Part shown: positions 47,541 to 58,590 of the stretch, piece by piece
How the letters are laid out: every line of letters begins with the position of its first letter
Numbering within the stretch: the stretch's first letter is position 1
Assembly: GCA_010093745.1 (NCBI GenBank)
Contig: MU005998.1
Span: 1-64,000, forward strand
DNA length: 64,000 nucleotides
Origin: Piedraia hortae CBS 480.64
Lineage: Eukaryota
Reading direction: 5' to 3'
Program-made: the position numbers and the translations under genes
The notes under the pieces: model-generated
What the model saw: the letters and a program-made list of their open reading frames with translations, nothing else
Told to the model about the DNA's origin: nothing
The model's database searches: none

Positions 47541-47940
47541 TCATCTCCGTTGTAACCCTGAGATGTCCAACACGAGTGGCTGAGTACAATAACTCCCTGC
47601 CAGCTGGTCAAGGACGCCATTGTACACCGTGACTGCCACATGGTCTTGGTAGGTGGCAATGTATGTGTCTGCGAGTTGGAAGAGCGTTTCTTTGAGAAAG
47701 CCCTCGGTAGAGCCCGACATGGTTTGCTGTGAAAGAGACTGCTCGAGGTAGGAAACTGCTTCGAACGGGTGGTGGAGGAAGAGGAGTATGAACCCCCACT
47801 GCGAGGTATGAGTCGGCAAAGCCTGGTGGACTGCCTACATGGGGGTTTGTCGAGCGGAGCTTGTTGCATACCTCGATAGAGGTCAAATAGATTCTGATTA
47901 GGGAGCGGAGTTCTGCTTCGGTGGGGAAGGTGTTCGTCAT
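47541..47940 (-). pseudogene. Possible TPR-like gene remnant
   Basis: AVSYLEQSL...TLFQLADTYIATYQDHVAVTVYNGVL has TPR-like helical spacing; frameshifted. Confidence 0.25.
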
Positions 47941-48149
47941 GGTGGCGAGAGGTTGGCGTAAGTTGTCACCGTAGCAGAGGACAACGATGGAAGAGGTCAT
48001 GTAAGCGAGGATATCCTCGCCATTGGTAGTCTGGGTCCTTGAAGACATGGTGGATGGGTTGTGTTGGAACCTTTGAGTGTAGATTGAAGAGAAAACACTG
48101 CGCGCATGGCACGACTATGCGTCAGTAGCATTGGAAGGTGAATTCTCTT

Positions 48150-49800
48150 TCAAGTGGAGCTCAGGTCGAATTGCCGCCACTGGCCTCGTTCTTCTGGATA
48201 CTCTTGCTTCAATTTAGCGGTCGGGCCATGCGTTGTTTGGTTATACCCGTTCCAAGGGCAACGCTCTTTATAGTGTCTGAGAAGCGAAGCTTGGCCATCC
48301 CGGTTATTTAGGCCGTTTTGGCTGTCCACCTTGCAGCTGCTGGCAATCATCATCCAGGGTTTCGAATAGCTCGTCATGTGTACAGTTACGGGACTCGTAT
48401 AGTTCACTCTGGCAAATTGATTCCCGAGGCGGGTGCGGTGGAAATACCAGTCTAATAGTGCCAAAGGGTATCTTGGTGCTTGGACTTGAACGGCGGTCAC
48501 CAGTATATGATTCCGTACGGCCATGAAGAAAGGATGTAATGGGAAGACTTGTATGCCAAGTCTTCCCCAGAGTCCGGCACGACCTGGACTGCATTCGCCG
48601 CAATGACGTCCTGCGAAGTGAATACACCCTAGGGAAAATATCCTTGGTGGGTTAAAGACCATGGAAAGTCCAGCACCCTATCCACCTTACGCAGGCGCAC
48701 GACAGCTTTGCATTTTTTCGATCGCGTTTAATCTTTGAATCTTGATAGCGTGAGCATGATCCGGCAGCAGCCCCTTGGGGGTAAGGGCCGCCATAGCCGT
48801 CCATGGCAGTTTTATAGGCAAATCGGCTGGCTGGGGCCTATGCCGAAATCCGTGGCTCAAACTGGGCTTTGAAGGTATCCAAACCAAGCATGTCAGCGGG
48901 ACACCTGCAAATAAAGCATATTGTCGCAAATACAATCTGATCGACTGCGAATGTGGTGTGCAGAGGGGAGGAAACCTGGAGCGCCCAGCCCCCGATCTAG
49001 ACGTCGAGTCGGTAAACCCGTGCTTCCTTCGACGCTTGTTGTGTGACTGCACGTGTTGTTTTAAACAATGATTCAGTCTTGACTTCCGTGAGATTTGTCG
49101 GAGCATCCTCGGGATCAGAATCTAAGTGTTGTGGGGCTGCCATGTGCATTAACCGCTAAACTTCTTTAAGCTTTAGACCAGGATTCCATGCTAGGTCAGA
49201 AAGCCGACGTACCGAAACACCAAGTGCTTTCCCCCTTAGTTGATGGACGTTTGTTTTCAAACGATAACTCGCGGTGCGCCGTGAAAACGCACTTGACGTA
49301 AGTGAACAGGTGTGGCCGTTCGGGCAAGTCATTGCCTCGTATGGAAGCTGGAGATCGCCAAGGGCCGACTATATGCTTCTGGACTCCTGCACAGGTGTGC
49401 CTGGTCGGTATAGCGCGCGCCTGGAAAACCACATGGATGAAACAGCCATTGGAAGAGAGGGTTGGCCCATAACAGGGACCAATTTTTCGCTACATAGTTT
49501 CTTCCAGATGTGTTGAGACTGGTACGGGCTATTTAGGGATTGCCTATGGCAAGGTATCGTCAGCAAGTGCTTAGAGGCTGTCACGCAGTATATTACCAGG
49601 TGTGAGAAGGATGTGGCACCTACCATGACCAGAACTGTAGGTAGAAGTCGAAACTTCTCAGGGTTTTTACCTCTACAGAGAAAGTTTTCCTTGAGACGGG
49701 CCATTATCTCGTTCATGTTTTAAGGGCATGGTTCTCTGACATTGTCCTGGCGAATGCGGTTAGACTGAGGTAGTGTGGGGGAGGTTTCGAACCTCACCTC
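48150..49800 (-). pseudogene. Orphan family X, copy 2 (decayed)
   Basis: Reverse complement of 49580-49800 matches 36707-36900 (GGTTCGAAACC...CCACACTACCTCAGTCTA.CCGCATTCGCCAGGACAA). Weak peptide echoes further in (VLDFPW/VLPLPW; RES..C.SE). The 3' limit is uncertain. Confidence 0.5.
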
Positions 49801-50883
49801 ATAGAGAGATAGAGATACACATTTCACTTTTTCAGTAAAAGTTGAGTGAGAACTTTTGTACGCTCCACTTTAATCCTCGGAGGTTCACCCCTCCGACGAT
49901 AGGGCTGTAGACATCTACACCCACCTTTTGGCCAGAGTCAAGCACACACACCTGTCATTGGTCCACGTTCCGTCTAACCACACGGAGGTTCGCCATTACG
50001 ACAAATGCGCTAGTGCTACAGTGATTAGAAACACCGCCAGGAGGCGTTGAAAACTTTTATCGCGAGGGAAAAGATGCACCAGACACAAAGGATGAGGGAT
50101 TATACCACCAGCGATCGCGGGGTTTTATTGCGCGGAAAATCTGAGACGTATCATGTTTTTCTTCGGAGATGCAGAGAGTTGAAGAGGCGGGTAGGATTTT
50201 GGGGCAGAGTGTTATCTGGCTGGCGAAATTTCATTCGGCAAAAAATCCGAGACGTCCCTGTGCGTGGGACATTTGATTTCGGCATATGGGGAGGGGCGAA
50301 GACGCGAAGAGGATTTTGGAGCAGGGGGGTGCCGGTGGTGGAGGCTCAGAAGCCTTCTCCGCTGCGTGCATGCTTTTGATCAACACTCAAACGAGAATGG
50401 CACCACATACAACAGACGGATATAGTTAAGGTCGGCCCTCATTTTAAATAGAGTTTTCCGATCAGGAAGGGCATTGTTGAGATCTCATCACCTATGTGTT
50501 CATCTCCTTACCACACTCTCTCTTCATCATCCCTTGAGCTCGTTGTGCAGCCCGATGGTATCGTGTTCCTTTTGGGAATGCATCGAGTGGTCTTGCAAGT
50601 GCGATCGCAAAAAGTCAACGAGATACGATCATATATTTCACGTAAACCAACCAAAAAGGTTGTACAACGTTATATATGAATACAGATGGTATTTGCGAGC
50701 GAAAACGATGGGGAAGAGCAGAGGAGTGTGCACAAGTGAATACAAGTGTACCTACGAGGGGACATCAGAGGATATATTCTGGGTCGGTAGGCCAGTGCGT
50801 AGCCTCGTATGAAGAGTCATCAATTGTATGACCATAAGCAAGTAATTATATATGCGGTAAGACCGTCAGCATGCGGTCTTACT

Positions 50884-51005
50884 CCATGACTCACCTCAAG
50901 CAGTAGAAGGGCGCATTCACCATTTTTCATGCAACATGACCCTGATGGAAACTCCTGTGAGGACAAAACCTAAGGTGCAGCTGCTGGTGTAAGAGGTGTC
51001 GCGCA
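50884..51005 (+). repeat. Dispersed repeat family A, copy 3 (partial)
   Basis: ATGACTCACC...GGGCGCATTCACCAT...ATGACCCTG...CTGTGAGG..AAACCTA.GGTGCAGCTG matches copies 1 and 2. Confidence 0.8.
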
Positions 51006-52175
51006 GTGGCATCGTACACTGATAGCAACGAGACTTCATGCCAACATCAGACACATTGATCTTTTCCATTATGAATGATCGTATTCTAAACTCTCGTATT
51101 CGAGCACTCAGAAAGTTTCTCGACAATTCTCGTATCGATTTTTATAAAACCGCTACCAATTCTTTGACCGAACAGAACACCAGAACTAAACCTCGCAGAT
51201 ATCTCTAACAAAGTGCGATCAAAAGCCCCTTCCATCGAGCATCCAGCTGGTATAAACTCCAAGGTGCTATTGGCAGCATAGGTCTGCGAGAGCGGAATTT
51301 TACTCAAATCGCACCTTACTCACGCTGTGAGTAATCCTGAATAGTCCCTTGTCAATGGTGCTCTCTATAAGATTACTTTTTGATTATATCAGGTGTAGAG
51401 TGGGGTGGTAATTGCGTTTGAGGTGTTGATCAAATGTGTGCACGCAGCGGGAAGGTTTTACATTATATACCTTTCAACTGCTCATGGTTTCTTACATCGT
51501 GCACCAGCACGGAGATCACAGAAGACGAGGTGTGTTCGAAGTTTCACTATGGTCCTATTGGCGATGCAGTACATTTTGTTTCCGGCATGTGGGAGTGTTA
51601 TCCTCGCTTAGAGTTGTATTGTTGCTCTCGCTTTCACTAGGCTTGAGTGTAGCATGGTTGCTGTGAACGTGTCGGGAATTGGGACGCGAGCGGTGGGGAA
51701 ATGAGAGTTCGGTAATACCTACTGTAAACTCGTTTGAGACGTAAGAGGAAATATCCGAACCCGTTTCATGCTCTCGTGGTTCTATCTCCAAGATGGACAG
51801 TGTTCATGTGCATTGAATTTTGCAAAGACGCCAAGTCCGTTCGGGTCGGACCGATTTTTGCGATCGAACGTCAAGTGCTGAATTAGAATGACGTTATCGT
51901 TGCTGGGATCGGCCATTCTATCTCGAGACAGTTCAATGGTCATTGAATATCGAAACGACAACTCGCTCACCAAATGTCTTGATGCTAATCGCAGATAACA
52001 AACCCAAAGCAACAAGTCAACTTGACTTTTGCCGTTACATCGAGTCGTACGTGGCAAGTCTGATATAATCACATATTTATCTTTTAATGCTAGGTTCTGT
52101 CATGTACATGGCCGATAGGTAAGGCAGTTTATGAGGAAATGTCTTTCAGGTGCCCCAAGGATGCAACCTCCCCTT

Positions 52176-52810
52176 TCACTCCTTCACCCATTTCCTCGTC
52201 ACATTCGTCTGTCGACAAGAAGGCTCATCAGGCACTGAATCCGGACTGGTTCCAATCAACCACTGCAGGCCCGTATACCGGTAGTATGATACATTGTCGC
52301 AAATATACCATCTGTAGTATGGATTCCCTTTGGAGTCGGCAATGTACATCTTCTCATCCTTGTCAAAGGCAACCTCGGTGAATTGGTAGCCTGGGGTGAA
52401 TAACGGATCAGCCATGTTGGACAGAGGGCCGATGCCCAGCTGCATAGGCTCCGAGACTGCATCCTGTTAGCTTCGACCCTCAACAAGGACCCGTCAACCT
52501 CACTGTTGAAGTCAGCTCCATGGAGCTCATACGTCAGGATGCCACTAGGGACGGAATAGGAACTGGTGTTGTGCTGGAAGAACTGATAACTTTCGGTTGC
52601 ATTCATCTCGTTCCCAGGGCAAAGGCCTTCAATGGCAGCGCCTTCATGACACCCGCCGAACGTGGTCCCGTCGTACTCCTCGTTCCCGGGGGAGTCGACT
52701 ACGAGGAAGAAATTCGCGGTCTGATTGTCGAACTGAGCTATGACGGTACCGAGAAGCCCGCTCATGGTGATGAGGATGGCGGCGGCGCTCCTAATACTCA
52801 TCGTCTTCAT
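52176..52810 (-). CDS. Conserved fungal small secreted/cell-wall protein
   Basis: Signal peptide, CHEGAAIEGLC motif, intron 52457-52503 (GTGAGG...GCTAAC...CAG), then YRWYIC...Y..LQW...P.C..V.R.WV. Confidence 0.85.
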
Positions 52811-53334
52811 CTTCGGAGTCTGACTTGGGTGGCTTGTCACGGGCTAGATACTGACACGCACTCAGGAGCAAGGGGAGCATCTACCACTTGGATGAACGGC
52901 TCGATGAACGAAGAATGAAGGGTGTCAAGGATGGCTTCGTGAGCGATGGAGGATGGGGGAGACGATGGAGCTTTATGAATAGATCGTATTGATTTACTTC
53001 CCGATTCAGCAGGATCAAGGAGGTTTCATGCACGATACAAGCATGAAGATGCGGGGAATTTCTGCGCCGAGACCCTGACCTGCAGCTTCTGATTTGTCAA
53101 CAAGACTCAGGTCGCTGCAAGCACTTAGTCAAGCGGGGTGAGCTGGTTCACTATACTCGATCCAGAAGGAGGGGCAAAGTCCTGACTTTTGTCACTGCAA
53201 AGATTCACGGGGCATAACGAAGATCACTTGATTGGATGACAGCTATGCCTCAATGGCCACGCTCACAACGCCACAAACATCTGCCCCATTAATGCCCGCC
53301 ACCGTAGCACGGATCTAGGTAATACATCCCCGCG

Positions 53335-56300
53335 CTAAAGCCCTGCAATGGCTTCACGCAGCACTTCAACGCTCCTGCTATTCCACTCGTCTCTCTTGAG
53401 TAACCAGCTGACATCGCTTAGAAAGCCAAGAGGGAGCCAATGGCTTTCCTTGGCCTTTTCTAGTGACTCTTTGATCCGTCCCGTGTGTTCCCAGCTCTGT
53501 GCCGCCTCTTCAGCCCGCGAGATGACTCGGTTGGGTATCCCGCACATGGCAGCGCAGTGCATACCGTAGCTGCCCTCCGCTACGCCAGGTTCAAGCTTAT
53601 AGAGGAAGGTGACTTCACGAGCGTCGGGCTCAACATGGATTGCCATGCGTTTCGCGGTAATTTCCGGATGCCCAGCAAACTCGGTTGCCAAGCTGTGGTA
53701 GTGCGTCGCAAAGTATCCCAGCGCTCCTGTGTGGGTGGCTATGTGATGCAAGACAGCCTGAGCAACAGCCACTCCGTCGTAGCTACTGGTGCCACGCCCA
53801 AGCTCATCCAAGATGACGAGCGAGCGAGGTGTTGCTTCTGAAAGAATCTTCTTCGTCTCCGAAAGCTCAACCATGAACGTACTCTGTCCCGCAAAGATAT
53901 TGTCCTGTGCTCCCAAGCGAGACATGATGCGATCAACGGGCGTCAAACGAGCTGACTTGCACGGTACGTAGCAGCCAATCTGTGCCAGAATCACAGCGAT
54001 ACACGTCATGCGTAGGACGGTGGACTTTCCGGCTGCATTTGCACCAGTCAGGAGAGTAATGCACTCACTCGATCCACCAAGCGTAATGTCATTCGGAATG
54101 AAGTTAATGTTCGTGTTGATGCACGGGTGACGAAGTTCCCGAAACTCCAGCACACTACGGGCATTCTCGTCCTTGATGAATTCCGGTCGGCAAGAAGGTA
54201 TGCCCAAAGCCTCGGAAGCCTTTGCAAGGGAAATGAGGCAGTCTAGTTGAGCAACAATCTTGACGGCAGCAAGCCATGTGGCATATTCTTCGTCGAAGCG
54301 GGCATAGAAGCGACCGGCCATGGCTTTGACCACTTGAGTGTGCATCTCTTGGGCTTCTTTCAGGTTTTGCACCAACTCCTCAAGCTCCGGCGAGTACCAG
54401 CGTTTGCAGGTTTTGGTAGCTGACATTTGCTTCCAAGAGGATGGTATTGACTTGCTCACCTTAGAAGGTACTTCGAGCTGGTATATTTCCTTGCCATTGT
54501 CTGTGAATTTGATGGTATTTGAACCAAGCTCTTTTCTAGTTCGTTCTAGAAGATTTTGAAGCTCCTTTTCCACACTGTTGATGCGCTTTTGGCTTTGGTC
54601 AAATTCTTCTTCCATACCAGGTTCAGGAATCAATAGACCGCTGTCCTTGGCTTGAGATCGATCAAACGCATCCTTCCAGGTTTTTAGTGCCCCGTCTAGG
54701 TCTGGCATGGCGGTGATCAACTGTCCCAGTACTCCCTCGCCACCTCCAAAGGAGCGCAGCATTGACATGGTGTATTCAATTTGTTCAAACCCCTCTAGCA
54801 CCTTGACAAAGTCTTGGGGACGACACCTTCCAGCATGCACCCGGGAGATGAGTCGCTCCAGGTCAGGCAGACGGCTTAGGGACTCAGTAAAACGGTTCAT
54901 GACGGTCCCATCTGCATTGAGGGCGTCCACAGCATCCAGCCGCTGCTCAATCTTCCGAGCATCAGCGAGCGGATGGCACACCCACTGCCTCATCATACGC
55001 TTTCCGAACGGAGTGATGCAGCGGTTGATCATGGAAAAGAGAGTGCCTTCAGTGCTTCCGTCAAAGGTATTGGCAAAGATTTCGAGATTGATGAGACTCT
55101 GACCGTCCAGAACCAAGCTCGTGGCCTTGCGAATAGGGTCGTACCAAGAAAAATTGCCGCAAGTGAGGAGGTCTTTTTCGATCTTGAGCATGCTAAGATA
55201 CCACAGAAGAGCGCCCATTGCAGAGAAGACGCGTTCCTTGTCATGAGACTCGCGCAAAACTGCGGGCCAAGACTCAAAGTAACCTTCGCCGTCGATTTTC
55301 ATGCGGGTGTTTCCAGCACTCAGAAACTCTTTGTCTGGCTTAAGATAGTTCCAGATAGTAGTGGGAGGCGTATTGTTCTTTAGAATACGAAGAGCTTTGG
55401 CGGAAACGTGGCCCTTCTCCAGCAACAGCTCCCCGGGCCGTGTCTGGGCCACGAATGTTTCAAAGCGCGTCATATCCGCATCGTCGACGATGTCCACCAG
55501 GTGAAACTGGGCCGTGGCTGTATCCACAAACGCGATGCCAAAAGCAGGCATTCCGTCCACTTCAGATTCCTTGATTGCAGCGCAGTACGTGGCCATATCG
55601 TCAGTCAGCATACTCCCATCGACTAAGGTACCTGCAGTGAGGACAGAAGACAGCTCTCGTCGGATGACCTTGTCCTCCTTCTTCCCCTTGTCCCGCTCAC
55701 GTAAGTCTTTGCCCAGAGCCGTCTCCATCTGGTCTACTTTGGCAATTTTGAATCCCTTGGCCACAAATTGATTTGCCCAATGATCCAGACTGGCTTCGGG
55801 AACGCCCACCATGCGCATGTTGACGCGATCCGTGAGCTTCAGATCGAAAAGCTGATGACCGATGGTGGCATCGTTCTCGTACAGCTCATAAAATTTGCCC
55901 TTTTTGAAGAACACCACAGTGTCCCAGAAGTTCTTCTTGATTTCCCAATATTGTTTCTCAAATGGCGAGAACTTGGTCCACTGCATGGGAGGAATATACA
56001 GAGTGCGGGGATCATAGTCTGGGTGATCTGGCGGGTTCTTGTCTGCATCCAAAATATGGGCAAGCCATGTATAGCGTTCAGACGGGGCCACTGTGTAAGC
56101 TTTTTCCTTCTTAGGCGGCCCCATCGAGGGCATTTTCTTAGGCGGAGGCCGCCTGGGCTCAGCTCCTGCGGTGGCATGTGGGTCATACGCCCATTTCTGG
56201 GTAGAGCCTGAGACCACAGTATTCGGAATATCTCCTTGTAAACTCGCAAGAGGGGACGACACAGCCGGCAATTCACGCACAGGCGCTGAACGCTTTCTCT

Positions 56301-56796
56301 TGGGCTTTACCGGTTCATCGTCATCGTCTATATCGTCTGGCACAACAAAATCATCTAAATCCTCCGCCTCTAGAGCAGCCTGGGTGGAAGGGTCAAGAGC
56401 GAATTCGTCCTCAGAATCACTTTTTGCAACACGCCTGCGCTTGTTCAAGCGTCTGTTGCCCGATACTGGCCTTAGTGCGTCGTCTTCACTCTCTGACTCT
56501 GCATAGTTGACCGTTTTCTTGGCCTTGCGGGATGGGCTGGAATTGAGATTGTCTCCTGGATTCTTGCCATTCTCCTTATCGACAACCGTTCCTGGAGTTG
56601 TCTGGCTAGATGTGCCGACTGGAACATCACTGATACCCGGGCTCAGTTGGGCGCTGCTGGACGGCACATCCTCCTTGCCATTTGAGCTCCGCTTGGCAGG
56701 TGTGACAGACGAAACTTTCTTCTGGAAGAAACTGGCAATATTCTGTTGCTTGGGGGTCGAAGAGGGCTGGCTGCTGTTGGTCTTCTTGCCCGCCAT
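53335..56796 (-). CDS. MSH6: DNA mismatch repair protein Msh6
   Basis: PIP-box QQNIASFF, YDPRTLYIP, FFKKGKFYELYE, TGANAAGKST, STFMVEL, LDELGRGTS, FATHYH. Confidence 0.98.
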   Translation of the reverse strand: MAGKKTNSSQPSSTPKQQNIASFFQKKVSSVTPAKRSSNGKEDVPSSSAQLSPGISDVPVGTSSQTTPGTVVDKENGKNPGDNLNSSPSRKAKKTVNYAESESEDDALRPVSGNRRLNKRRRVAKSDSEDEFALDPSTQAALEAEDLDDFVVPDDIDDDDEPVKPKRKRSAPVRELPAVSSPLASLQGDIPNTVVSGSTQKWAYDPHATAGAEPRRPPPKKMPSMGPPKKEKAYTVAPSERYTWLAHILDADKNPPDHPDYDPRTLYIPPMQWTKFSPFEKQYWEIKKNFWDTVVFFKKGKFYELYENDATIGHQLFDLKLTDRVNMRMVGVPEASLDHWANQFVAKGFKIAKVDQMETALGKDLRERDKGKKEDKVIRRELSSVLTAGTLVDGSMLTDDMATYCAAIKESEVDGMPAFGIAFVDTATAQFHLVDIVDDADMTRFETFVAQTRPGELLLEKGHVSAKALRILKNNTPPTTIWNYLKPDKEFLSAGNTRMKIDGEGYFESWPAVLRESHDKERVFSAMGALLWYLSMLKIEKDLLTCGNFSWYDPIRKATSLVLDGQSLINLEIFANTFDGSTEGTLFSMINRCITPFGKRMMRQWVCHPLADARKIEQRLDAVDALNADGTVMNRFTESLSRLPDLERLISRVHAGRCRPQDFVKVLEGFEQIEYTMSMLRSFGGGEGVLGQLITAMPDLDGALKTWKDAFDRSQAKDSGLLIPEPGMEEEFDQSQKRINSVEKELQNLLERTRKELGSNTIKFTDNGKEIYQLEVPSKVSKSIPSSWKQMSATKTCKRWYSPELEELVQNLKEAQEMHTQVVKAMAGRFYARFDEEYATWLAAVKIVAQLDCLISLAKASEALGIPSCRPEFIKDENARSVLEFRELRHPCINTNINFIPNDITLGGSSECITLLTGANAAGKSTVLRMTCIAVILAQIGCYVPCKSARLTPVDRIMSRLGAQDNIFAGQSTFMVELSETKKILSEATPRSLVILDELGRGTSSYDGVAVAQAVLHHIATHTGALGYFATHYHSLATEFAGHPEITAKRMAIHVEPDAREVTFLYKLEPGVAEGSYGMHCAAMCGIPNRVISRAEEAAQSWEHTGRIKESLEKAKESHWLPLGFLSDVSWLLKRDEWNSRSVEVLREAIAGL

Positions 56797-56831
56797 CTCG
56801 TCCGTGGTGCGAGAGAAGTGAACAAAGTCTA

Positions 56832-56924
56832 ACGCGTTCAGACGCGCGACGCGACGCGGCGCGACGTATGTTTCGGAACATCCCGCTGTCACTTACACGC
56901 AACGACGTCATGGTTGACGCGAAA
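56832..56924. promoter_or_regulatory. Cluster of MCB-like (ACGCG) cell-cycle boxes in the MSH6/MET7 bidirectional promoter
   Basis: ACGCGT at 56832-56837, repeated ACGCG/CGCG at 56841-56866, ACGCGAAA at 56917-56924. Confidence 0.65.
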
Positions 56925-56946
56925 AGTTCCGAAGTTCTCCGTCGCG

Positions 56947-58537
56947 ATGAACGGCGTGCTGTCGAGAGGAGCGCCTAATGTAAGATACGAGGAAGCTATA
57001 CAAGCACTCAATTCTCTACAAAGTAATTTTGCTCTTGTTGATGCCCTCCGGAAAACCGGAGCAGGGTGCAACAAACAGGCAGTCTCACAAGTACGAGACT
57101 GGGCAAGACAGATAGGATACAAGGTGGGCATCTGGTGCAGGTAGTCAGGTCTAGGGCTAAGCATGTTTCCTCTCTCAGCCTTCCGATTTCAAGCGGTTGA
57201 ACCTAGTCCACATTGCTGGGACCAAGGGAAAAGGCTCAACATCTACTTTCATTTCTTCTATCCTTTCACAGTATTTCAAAGACAGCTCGGGCGTTGGGCT
57301 GTATACGTCTCCTCATCTTCGATCTGTTCGTGAACGCATCAAGATCAACAACATCCCTCTCAGTGAAGATGAGTTTCAAAGACGGTTCTGGGAAGTCTGG
57401 CAGAGATTGGCCCTTGATGCTCCCTCTCGTGAATCTTCAGCTCCTCAATTTGATTCATCAGGAAATCGAATCTTGCAGAAAGCAGGTTACTTTCACTTTC
57501 TCACCCTCATGGCATTCCACACCTTCATGAAAGCAAACCTGGACTCTGCTGTGATCGAATGTGGCATCGGGGGCGAGTACGACTCCACAAACATCATAGA
57601 AGAGCCTCTTACAACAGGTGTGACTAGTCTTGGCATCGACCATGAAGGTCTGCTCGGACGCACAATCGAGGAGATTGCATGGCACAAAGCTGGCATCTTC
57701 AAACGCCGAGTACCTGCATTCACAGTCCCGCAATCGAAGGATGCTGAGGCAGTTCTTTACTCGCGTGCAAAGGAACGCGGCACGGAATTGAACGTGGTAA
57801 CAGAGCACACCGCTCTCAAGGACATCAAACTCGGCATAAAAGGCCCTGTGCAGCGAATCAACGCATCTCTTGCAATAGCCGTGGCAGCATCTCATCTCTC
57901 ACAGATGGGGCATCGCGATGTTCCTGACCCACTCGATAATATTAGCAACTTGCCTCCAAAATTTGTCAAAGGCCTAGAAAAGGCAAGACTAGGAGGCCGT
58001 TGCGACAAGCGAAGCGATGCCAAGGTACCAAACCTAACATGGTTCCTCGATGGCGGCCACACACGCGAGAGCATCGAATTGGCAGGTCGATGGTTCGCAG
58101 CGTCACGTTCTCCCAACGCCTTGCAGGTGCTAATATTCAATCAACAAACCCGAGACGCGCGTGCTCTTGCTCGTCAACTCCGGGACAGTCTTGATAAAGC
58201 AATGGGAAGGGCTCATGTCTTTGATATTGCCATCTTCTGCCCCAATGTTACATATGAGAACGCGGGCTACAAGGCTGACTTGATATCTATAAATGTAAGC
58301 CAAGATGACGTTGACAGCCTTCGTGTGCAGCGAGAGATGGCAGAGGCTTGCAAAGAGATAAACCCGGAGACAAAACCAATTGTTTGTGGGACAATTGAGG
58401 AAGCTGTGGCACGTGTTCGCAAGCTTGCCGGTAGGGATACCAGGGAAGTTGATGTCCTGGTCACAGGCAGCTTGCATTTAGTCGGTGGGTTAATTGAGGT
58501 GGTGGAGGCAGAAGTCGAGAGGGAAGAGATGCTGTAA
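56947..58537 (+). CDS. MET7: Folylpolyglutamate synthase
   Basis: YEEAIQALNSLQSNF; intron 57124-57178; HIAGTKGKGST, GLYTSPHL..VRERI, ECGIGGEYDSTN, IAWHKAGIFK, VTGSLHLVGG. Start codon uncertain. Confidence 0.94.
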
Positions 58538-58590
58538 GGCATTGTGTTTCTCGATCATAATGTGTATGTACGAAGCGGTTTTTTCGCCGC

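Noticed and set aside
50474..50812. Cys-rich ORF that may be a decayed secreted effector
   Set aside because: TTG start, signal peptide only after assuming frameshifts, no recognisable family.
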